Program-made: the position numbers and the translations under genes
Shown: positions 1 to 7,500 of the stretch, one piece after another
Layout: each line of letters opens with the position of its first letter
Position numbering within the stretch: position 1 is the first letter of the stretch
Origin: Armatimonadota bacterium
GTDB taxonomy: Bacteria > Armatimonadota > Armatimonadia > Armatimonadales > Armatimonadaceae
Reading direction: 5' to 3'
DNA length: 12,980 nt
Assembly (NCBI GenBank): GCA_043763605.1
Contig: JAYULM010000233.1
Span: 1 to 12,980 of the forward strand
The notes under the pieces: generated by a model
Seen by the model: only the letters and a program-made list of their open reading frames with translations
What the model was told of the DNA's origin: nothing
The model's database searches: none

Positions 1-479
1 GCGCGATCAGGGACTTACAGCACCGGACGGACATTGTGCAGTCGTTCTTCCGAATGGCTGGTTTAGAAACTTAACGACGGATCAATAAGGATGAAGAACT
101 GAGATAGACAATCAACGCTGACGAGTAGGATGAAAGGCGGCTCGTCGAAAATACGGTCAATTCAAACTGACTTGTGTTGTCTATGCAGGATTTCGCGCCC
201 GCCGTACCCGGTTCATTCGCGGTAAAAATGTTTTCGTGGTCGGGATGATCTACCAGGCAAACCCCTTACACAACCGAAGCAAAATCGAAGATTTTTGAGA
301 GTTATAGCCAGGGCACTCATGCCCCGGTAACTCCGCCCCATCTACCGCGTCCTCAAGAATCCTCGTATCGTATACACGTGCGGCAATCCTCCGAGGCGCA
401 CACCGTGCTCGCCGCTCGCGACGCAATCCGCCACATATACGGGAACCCCGCCGCGCGTCCCGTGCGGCTGACCGAGTGC

Positions 480-887
480 CTAGTTCGCGTGCGTCACCGT
501 CCACCGCTTGCCGTCCGCCGACACGTGCTCCACATACGCGACGTGCCCATACGGGTTGCCGTCCCACGCGTCCAGCACCATCACGGAACCTGCGGTAGGG
601 GTGTCGGACCGCGTCGCGTTCGTCACCTTCTTCGTCCAGTGGCGGGCGTGCCTGCCGGAATCGGTGTCGAAGCGCAGCCACCAGCCGTCGTCCGCCGCGC
701 GAACACAGGCGTACCAGGTACATTCGCCTTTTGGGAGCGGGCGGCGCATCCAGGAAAGGTTCGCGTCACGCTCCGGCAGTACGCGGTTGCGCAACCGTTG
801 CCAGGCATTCGGGACCATTAGCAACGTCACCAGAACCAGCACCGCAAGCGATGCAGTACCCATCCCGACGGAACGCGACCATTTCAT
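480..887 (-). CDS. Small membrane-anchored CHAP-domain protein (cysteine/histidine-dependent amidohydrolase/peptidase, probable cell-wall amidase or peptidase)
   Basis: 135-aa ORF. N-terminal hydrophobic anchor (ASLAVLVLVTLLMVP). The segment GECTWYACVR carries the CHAP catalytic-Cys signature (C-T-W-[FY]). The downstream GHVAYVEHVSADG carries the conserved His segment. Stop TAG read from 482 to 480 on the minus strand. GC-rich coding composition contrasts with the flanking lower-GC DNA. Confidence 0.6.
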   Translation of the reverse strand: MKWSRSVGMGTASLAVLVLVTLLMVPNAWQRLRNRVLPERDANLSWMRRPLPKGECTWYACVRAADDGWWLRFDTDSGRHARHWTKKVTNATRSDTPTAGSVMVLDAWDGNPYGHVAYVEHVSADGKRWTVTHAN

Positions 888-1244
888 ACCGGTAGGACAC
901 GCGACAAGTGAGGGTAGTTACACTGGGGGTTCCGGAGTGTAAATCCACGCGCGCTGAGAACTGGGCGCACGAGTAATCAGGCGACAACTCTTCCCCTGCC
1001 CGGTTCTTGCCTCTCATTCACAGGTACGTGTGACGCATTTTAACTCGACTCAGTGTGCAGGCAAGATCGGAGTCAGCGTCAGGTAAACTTAACGCCATAA
1101 CGGGATAGCATACTGCGTTTAGAAGCCATCGTTCCCGCCATTCGAAAGAGTGTTGCGGGTGGATCGTGTCCTGTTCTCTGGGGCAGGTGAGGTTTTCCTG
1201 ATGACCATCGAAAGTACGAAAACATAACGCGGCAATCAACTGAC

Positions 1245-1280
1245 CGGGGGCGGGGCGCGACACCGTGCACCCCGCCCCCG
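1245..1280 (-). terminator. GC-rich hairpin downstream of the peroxidase gene. Candidate transcript 3'-end, terminator or stabilising stem-loop.
   Basis: 11-bp perfect stem cGGGGGCGGGG(1245-1255)/CCCCGCCCCCg(1270-1280) with a 14-nt loop, 49 bp downstream of the stop of the minus-strand gene 1329-3251. On the transcribed (minus) strand it is followed by gttatgttttcg, only a weak and interrupted U-tract. Assignment as an intrinsic terminator is therefore tentative. Confidence 0.35.
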
Positions 1281-1328
1281 AACAAACCACCCAACACCCC
1301 AACCGTTCAATCATCCGACACCCCCGAA

Positions 1329-3251
1329 TCACTTCACCAGCGGGTTCGTGAATTTCGGGTCGGCGGTCAGGGTGCCGTCGTTCAGGGTGCGCAGGAACGC
1401 CACCAGCGCATCGCGGTCCGCGACTGTGAGGGGCAGACGTTGCGGTTGCCCCTGTGGGTTTTTCAGGCGGTTGTCCAGAGCGGGACCGTTCTGTACGCCC
1501 CTGATGTAGTGGTCCACCGCCTGCTCCAGCGTCGCGAACCGACCGTCGTGCATGTAGGGACCGGTCAGCGCGACGTTTTTGAGCGACGGCGATTTGAAGA
1601 TGCGGGACTCGCCCGCGTCCAGACCGTTGCTGAGCGAGGTGGGGGCGAGGGCGAATGTGGGAGCCTGATGGCAGGAGTTGCAACCCGCGCCGCCCTGCCC
1701 CGGTCCGGTGGTGAACAACACCTTGCCGCGCTCTTCCTGCGCCGTATAGCCGGGAAATCGTGTTTCCAGACCCCGTTGCGGCAGGGCGGGGTTGAAGACG
1801 CGGGCGAACTCGGTATCGAAGCGGCTGTTTACCGAAACGATGCTACGTTCGTACTGCGCCAGTGCCCGCTGGATGCGGTCCTCGGTGATCGCCGGATCGC
1901 CGTACACCCAGCGGAACAGTTCGGGGTAGTACGGGAGTGTCCCCATCTTCGCCGTCACCGCGCCGAACCCGCCGTGCGCGGCGTCGAAGCCCATTTCGAC
2001 CTCGTTCTGGATCGGTTGGGTCGCCTGCGCTTCCACGCTTGCCGCCCGCTTGTCCCAGAACATCGCGCGCCCGGCGTAGAAGCGGAGATTCGCCAGACGC
2101 ATCGAGTGCGCGTCAGTGAACGCCGTCCCGTTGAAGCCCCGACTAAACCGGGCAGGGTCCACGAACCCGTTCGATTGCTGGTGGCAGGACGAGCAGGCGG
2201 TGGTGTCGTTGATGCTAAGCCGTTTGTCGAAGAAGAGCACCCTGCCCAGCGTCGCGCCCCGGTCCGTGACCGGGTTGTCAACCGGGGTGTTGTCCTGTTT
2301 GCGCACCGCGTTGTCGTAGTGCGCCGGGAACGCCGGGTTCGCGTAGTCCGGCAAGTTATTCACGTCGATATTCGTGTATTCGCGCACCCCGGCGAACGGG
2401 TCGGGCGTCGCGGTCGGAGTCGGCGAGGGAATCGGCGTCGCGGTCGGCGTAGGAGTGGGCGTCGGGAGAGGCGAGGGCGTCGGCGACGGCGCGGCGGAAA
2501 CTGTGAGCGGCAGGGTCGCGGTTTTGCCGGACTCGGTTTCCGTCACGGTGACGCTCGCCGTGCCGGGGGCGGTTCCGGTGACGGTCAGACTCGCGCCGCC
2601 GGGTACTACGGCGGCAACGGATGCGGGGGAGATCCCCCACCGCCACGTCGTCGCGCCGGTCAGGATCAGATTACCCGCCGCGTCGAGCGCACTCGCCGCG
2701 AACGTCGCCGTTTGCCCGACACCGACCCCGGACGCGGACTGTGTCAGCGCAAGGCGGTCGATAGTCGAGTTCATCGTAAGGTTCAGCGCGAACGTCTGCT
2801 CGGCGACGGCTTGCGCGATCTGTGTGCCGCTCGCCTGCGGCGGTTGGGCGTCGCCCGTCGCGTCGGCGTGTGCGGTCGCTGTGACAGTGAGCGCGCCGGG
2901 CGGTAGATTGTCGAACGCGGCACCGGTCGCCGGTCGCGCGATGACCTGACTGACACGAAACCCGGTGGCGTTCGTGATCGTGACGCGGACGCTGTTCGAC
3001 GCGATGGGGACCAGACGGGTGTCTTCGGAGCGCGCGGGCCATTCTATCGACACGGTCGCGCGGGCGGTGGGCGTGGCGACGGTGGGTGCGGCGGTAGTGG
3101 GGGCAACGACGACCGGTACGCCGCTCCCCGGATTACCGCCTCCACTCCCGCCGCCGCCGCAACCGGCGGCGATAAAGGCGATCCCGACGGGAAGCAGGAG
3201 CGCGGCGAGAACGGTGAGTGGGACCGGGATTTGTGCGGGGAATGTTTTCAT
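1329..3251 (-). CDS. Lipoprotein with N-terminal Big_2 (bacterial Ig-like) domain, Pro/Thr-rich linker and C-terminal di-haem cytochrome c peroxidase (CCP/MauG family) domain
   Basis: 640 aa. Signal peptide with lipobox IAAG|C followed by Gly/Ser-rich tether. Residues about 165-250 (LTQSASGVGVGQTATFAASALDAAGNLILTGATTWRW...SVTVTETESGKTATLPLTV) look like a Big_2 fold. PT linker PSPTPSPLPTPTPTPTATPIPSPTPTATP. Two haem-binding CxxCH motifs (CSSCH and CNSCH). Di-haem CCP-like blocks: GATLGRVLFFDKRLS upstream of the first motif, LPYYPELFRWVYGDPAITEDRIQRALAQYERS between motifs, and C-terminal YMHDGRFATLEQAVDHY ... DRDALVAFLRTLND. Confidence 0.8.
   Translation of the reverse strand: MKTFPAQIPVPLTVLAALLLPVGIAFIAAGCGGGGSGGGNPGSGVPVVVAPTTAAPTVATPTARATVSIEWPARSEDTRLVPIASNSVRVTITNATGFRVSQVIARPATGAAFDNLPPGALTVTATAHADATGDAQPPQASGTQIAQAVAEQTFALNLTMNSTIDRLALTQSASGVGVGQTATFAASALDAAGNLILTGATTWRWGISPASVAAVVPGGASLTVTGTAPGTASVTVTETESGKTATLPLTVSAAPSPTPSPLPTPTPTPTATPIPSPTPTATPDPFAGVREYTNIDVNNLPDYANPAFPAHYDNAVRKQDNTPVDNPVTDRGATLGRVLFFDKRLSINDTTACSSCHQQSNGFVDPARFSRGFNGTAFTDAHSMRLANLRFYAGRAMFWDKRAASVEAQATQPIQNEVEMGFDAAHGGFGAVTAKMGTLPYYPELFRWVYGDPAITEDRIQRALAQYERSIVSVNSRFDTEFARVFNPALPQRGLETRFPGYTAQEERGKVLFTTGPGQGGAGCNSCHQAPTFALAPTSLSNGLDAGESRIFKSPSLKNVALTGPYMHDGRFATLEQAVDHYIRGVQNGPALDNRLKNPQGQPQRLPLTVADRDALVAFLRTLNDGTLTADPKFTNPLVK
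2397..2492 (-). repeat. Low-complexity Pro/Thr/Ser linker-coding repeat inside the peroxidase gene
   Basis: DNA shows reiterated ggcgtcgg / gtcggcg units. Translation on the minus strand is (P-[TS])n, residues about 254-285 of the 640-aa protein. Typical flexible inter-domain linker, not a CRISPR or mobile repeat. Confidence 0.7.
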
Positions 3252-3297
3252 GGCTTTTCTTCGGGCAAACTCGTCTGTGTTGCGGCAACGATGCCGG

Positions 3298-3484
3298 GGG
3301 CGATGGTTCGGGCGTTGATCGGACGGTGAACCGTTCCGCTGGGAGCCTTCGGCTGTAGACGCTTCGCGTCAGGGAGTCGTTAGGCTGTCGCACGAACCGT
3401 CTGCCTCCGGTGACGCGAAGCGTCTACAGCCGAAGGCTCCCAGCGGAACGGTTCACCGTCCGATCAACGCCCGAACCATCGCCC
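3298..3484. repeat. Perfect inverted repeat: two 74-nt arms (3298-3371 and 3411-3484) separated by a 39-nt non-palindromic spacer. Giant hairpin/cruciform element in the intergenic region.
   Basis: I reverse-complemented arm 2 (tgacgcgaagcgtctacagccgaaggctcccagcggaacggttcaccgtccgatcaacgcccgaaccatcgccc). It is identical over 74/74 nt to arm 1 (gggcgatggttcgggcgttgatcggacggtgaaccgttccgctgggagccttcggctgtagacgcttcgcgtca). Spacer is gggagtcgttaggctgtcgcacgaaccgtctgcctccgg. The element lies in the 322-bp gap between the stop of the deacetylase gene (3574) and the start of the peroxidase gene (3251). Confidence 0.95.
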
Positions 3485-3573
3485 GTGTAGCAGGCTATCG
3501 CCCGATACTGAAGAGTTGCTGAAGGCGGCACGCTATCTTCGCCGAAGGGGAAAATGCCGGTCGCGAAGACGGC

Positions 3574-4581
3574 TCAGAGGAGCGCGAATCGGTAGCCGCG
3601 ATTGCGCAGTCCGGCGAGAAGGTCGGGCAGGGCGGCGCGGGTGTCGGCGACGGCGGCGTGCAGGGCGATCACCGCACCGGGGCGGGCGGCGAACAGGACG
3701 CGGCGCGTGATCTCGCGTGCGCCGGGGCGGGAATGGTCGTAGGGGACGACGACCGGGCGGCGGGGCGACGCGGGCGTGGTGCCGTCGGCAGTGCGCAGTT
3801 CGGTGGTCCCCGGCGGGCGGTACAGGGTCGGGCGGACGCCGGTTATCGTGCGCAAAAGATCGGCAGAGCGGGCGAGACCGGGGCGGCTTCCGTCGTGGTC
3901 CCAGGAGTGCATTTGCAGGCGGTGTCCTTCGTGCGCGGCGCGGCGGGCGAGGTTCGCGCCGACGCGGTGGGTCAGGTGTTCCGCGATGCAGAAAAACGTC
4001 GCGGGGGCGGCTTCCCGGCGCAGGATGTCCAATAATCCTTCATCCGGCGACCGTTCTACGCCGGAAGGCGGAAGCGTCGGGAAGTCGTCGAACGTCAGGA
4101 AGATGTCGCCGGAAAAATCGGACGCCGCCGGGGGGCGTTCGGTAGCGAGGCGGCGCAGGCGGGATTCGAGTTCGTCGGTGCGTACGATCCCCTGCCGCGT
4201 CCAGTCGATCATACCGTGCGCGTCCACGACCACGGTCCACGGTACCGCGCGCAGCCCCAGCCCCGCGCTGACCCGCCCGCCGGCATCAAGGAGAACGCTT
4301 TCTTCCGCCGCGCCGCCGCCACCGGGGAACCGTTCCGCCCAGCGTCCGTCCACGCTGATCGTCCGGTAGTCAATCGGTAGCCCGCGCAGGTTGTGCCGCA
4401 CGACGGCGAGGCGGCGGCTCTGCTCGCGCCATGTGTCGCACCACAGAGCGCAGAAGGACAGCACGGAAACCTGCCCCGGTCGCCAGGTTTGCGGGCGCGC
4501 GCCGCCGTACGGAAGCAGGGTGAACGCGGCGACGCGGTCGCCGGGACCGGACACGCGCGGGGGCGTCGTCGGCGGTTTCAC
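3574..4581 (-). CDS. Fusion protein: N-terminal thioredoxin-like (TlpA/redoxin-like, degenerate CxxC) domain + C-terminal NodB-type polysaccharide deacetylase domain
   Basis: 335 aa. N-terminal VAAFTLLPYGG...GQVSVLSFCALWCDTWREQ resembles the redoxin/TlpA motif (F.a.WC..C) but reads C-D-T-W (single Cys). C-terminal half has NodB motifs in canonical order: TFDDF (MT1 Asp-Asp), HSWDH (MT2 His-His), YRPPGTT (MT3 RxPxG), IALHAAV (MT5 LxH). Start is GTG at 4581-4579, overlapping the TGA stop of the upstream A2M gene (GTGA), which implies translational coupling. No obvious signal peptide. Confidence 0.7.
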   Translation of the reverse strand: MKPPTTPPRVSGPGDRVAAFTLLPYGGARPQTWRPGQVSVLSFCALWCDTWREQSRRLAVVRHNLRGLPIDYRTISVDGRWAERFPGGGGAAEESVLLDAGGRVSAGLGLRAVPWTVVVDAHGMIDWTRQGIVRTDELESRLRRLATERPPAASDFSGDIFLTFDDFPTLPPSGVERSPDEGLLDILRREAAPATFFCIAEHLTHRVGANLARRAAHEGHRLQMHSWDHDGSRPGLARSADLLRTITGVRPTLYRPPGTTELRTADGTTPASPRRPVVVPYDHSRPGAREITRRVLFAARPGAVIALHAAVADTRAALPDLLAGLRNRGYRFALL

Positions 4582-7500
4582 GGCGTTTTGTCCTCTTTCG
4601 GGGCATCACGAACGTCCAACACCTGCGCCGCGCTCCCGCCGCGCACCGCCGGGCGGCGGATCAACTCGCCGGTCGCGGGCAGTGCCATCAACATGCCCTC
4701 CGACTCGGACCGCAGGTAATAGCGGAACGTGACCGGCTCCGAACCGTTCACCGGCAGATAGTGGAACAGGGCACCGTCGCGCACCTCCTCGCGGGCGTTC
4801 CCGCCGCGCTCGGAGTCCACGAACTCGAACCCCGCCGGGAGCGGTTCGATCACCTTCACCGCGTCCGCCGTTTCGTTGGGCCAGACCACCACGGTGACAC
4901 GTACCGCCGCCCCGGGGCGCAGGCGCGATGCGGGCAACACTTCGCCCCAGACGCCGTACTCGTTCTGCGACTCGAACCGGCGCAGGACGCGCATCCCGGC
5001 GGCGATCTCGGCTGTCTGCGCGCGGTAGACCAGGGCTTCAGCGGTAACGAACGCTTCCCCCGCCGTGCTCCGGGCGCGCTTCAGCGTGACCGCGTTCGCG
5101 CCGTCCTTCAACAGGTCGCGGGGCACGTTCGCCGTCAGCGGGGCGATGCTTTCGGTGCCGGGGGCGCGTTTCTCCCAGGGCACCGCGACGCCGTTGACGG
5201 TCAGCGTGAAATCGTCGGCGGACGGCATTTCGCTCCCGGTGCCGTTACCACTGTTGCCGTTGCCCTGCGCACGGCTGTATAGGAGCAGGGCGCGGATGAT
5301 GTCGGCTTCCTCGGAAGGCGTCGCTTCCGGTCTGCCCTCGCCGTCGCCGCCGTCCGGGGGGAGCAACAGCCAGCGGGCAAGCTTGGTACGGGCGGGTGCG
5401 TCGTTGCCGTCATTCAGCGCGACCAGCGTTTCCAGGGCGCGCGCCGTGGTTTCGATCACGCCCGCCCGTTGCCCCGGTCGCTCCCCGGCGGGGATGTAAG
5501 CGGTTTCCGGTCCGGCGACGCTCTGGGAGGTGATCGCCCGGGTGAATTGGCGCGCCCGGTCTTTGTTTCCGGCTTCCAGAAACCCCTTCGCCAGAATCAG
5601 CGTCGCCGCCGGGGACAGCGTCCCGGCGTTGCGGTCCGCGACTTCCGCAAGGAACGGCGCGCTCGCCGGGTCGAGCGGGGCGAGTACCGCCGCCAGATAC
5701 GCCCGCTCCTCCCACAAGCCGGTTTCGCGGTACAGCGTGTTGCCGCCGCCGATCCCGCGTTTGAGCAGGTTTTCGGGGAACGGGACGCTTGCGGGCAGGA
5801 TTCCGGGGGCGCGTTTCAGGGCGACGAGTGCCCGCATGACGCGCGCGGTGACACGGGCGTCGGCGGGGGCGTCGTCCCACCAGCCCCACGCGCCACCCGG
5901 CGTTTGACCGCGCGATAGCAGGGCGAGGGCGTCGCGCAATGCCGCCGAGTCGGCGGGCGGGGCACCGGGCGTCGCCGCGACTAACAGCAAGTCCGCCGCC
6001 GCCAGCGTCCCGTATCCCGAATTTTTATACAGCCGCGCGGCGGCAGACCGCGCCGTGGCTCCGGCTCCGCCGCGCACCGACACCCGGAACTCGGTCGCCG
6101 GTTCGATGCGCCCGGCGGGCAGATCGAGCGACACCGTGGTCTCGTCGGCGGTGCCCGACACCGCCGCCCCGACCCGCGCGGTGGTCGCGACCCCGCGCGG
6201 GCGCACCGGCACCGAAACGCGGACGCGGTCCGACAGGTCAGCGAGCGTTTCGCCCGGTCCCGGTTCCGTGGTCAGGGTTCCTTCCAGCACCGCCCGCCCG
6301 TCCGGGGCGGGGATGGCGTCTGCCGACACGCGCCACTCCACCGTCGCCTCGCCCTTCGCCGGGACAGTTACCGACTGCGCCGCGTTCTCGCCCGGCGCGG
6401 GCTGTACGCCGGTCGCGGTCAGGGAAACGCGGAACGTCCGTTCGCGGTCGGTGCGGTTGCTCACGGTACCGATCAGGGTCAGGCGGTCGCCCTGTACGAA
6501 CTGTCGCGGCGTCGCGAGCCGGAGCATCACCGGGCGCGACGATGTGACGCGGCTCAGGGTATGCCCGACCGCCGTGGAACCGGTGACGCCGAACGCGGTT
6601 GCACGCCACGCCGTCAGGTTTCCGGGCAGTTCCACGGTGGCGACGGCGTTCCCGTCTGAACCGGTGACGAGGCGGGCGTTCCAGAATGCCGTGTCGAGGA
6701 ACTTTTGCCGCACCGGGGCGACGCCGGTCGGCTCCGCGTTCTGGTACGCCCCGCCGCTGACCTCCTCCGGCGCGGACGCGGCGGTTTGTGTGTGGTTTTC
6801 GCGGTACCCCCAGAACGCCCCATAAATGTCGGGCGTGGCGTCGGGGCGCACGGCGAAGATGGCGTCATCGATCACCGCCAGCGCGACCTCGGCTCCGGCG
6901 ACCGGTGCCCCCGTTTTGCCGTCACGCGCCCGCACCGTGTAGAGCACCCGGTCGCCGGGGCGGTAGTCGTTCCGGTCCGGCGTCACCGTCAGCGCGAGGC
7001 GGCGGGAGCGGTCGGGGACCGGGAGTGGTACGCCGCCGGTCAGGAGGCGAGTATAGCGCGTCTTGCTCGCCGGGTTTTCGCGCACCGCCACCCACTGCGA
7101 CGCGGAAACGTGCGCGTTGGGAGCCATCCCGGCGGTCGCAGGCAACTTCCACGTGTACGCCGATTTTCCCGGCGGCACGACTTTGTAGGCGAACAGCGCG
7201 TTGCCCTCGACGGTGAGCAGCACGGGACGTTCGGGCTTGTTCGCGGCGAGAAACACGCTGACGGTGTCGCCGGGCTGGTACGACGGCGCGCCCAGCCGGA
7301 CGCGCACACTCGGCTCCTCCCGCTCCGCCGCCACTTTCGTGTCGGGCGCGGACACATAAAACGCGGAAACGGCGACGGCGATTCGTTTCGCGCCGTCGGT
7401 GATTGTCGCGCGCAGTTCGACCTCGCCCTCCTTCGCGGCGGGCACGGTCGCGGTCGCCTTGCCGCTCGCCGGGACCACGGCGGCGGACTGGCTGAGCACG

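Noticed and set aside
66-1099. Shared 9-mer aacttaacg in both CHAP-flanking non-coding regions (about 69-77 and about 1087-1095), considered as possible terminal repeats of an inserted element
   Set aside because: A single 9-nt match between two regions of about 450 bp is expected by chance. No longer inverted or direct repeats flank the CHAP gene.
1-1328. Possible tRNA genes (ggttc-containing segments near 211-223 and 937-950)
   Set aside because: No GGTTCGAATCC-like T-loop with a complementary acceptor stem and no cloverleaf could be built by eye. Needs tRNAscan to be sure, but nothing convincing.
2397-2492. Reiterated gcgtcgg/gtcggcg units that look like short tandem repeats, possible CRISPR or VNTR
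   Set aside because: Irregular period, no spacer/repeat architecture, and they translate cleanly into a (Pro-Thr/Ser)n inter-domain linker. Coding low complexity, not a CRISPR array.
3372-3410. 39-nt spacer of the large palindrome as a possible small ORF or second nested palindrome
   Set aside because: Spacer is not self-complementary beyond 2-3 bp and is too short to encode a peptide. Treated as a loop.
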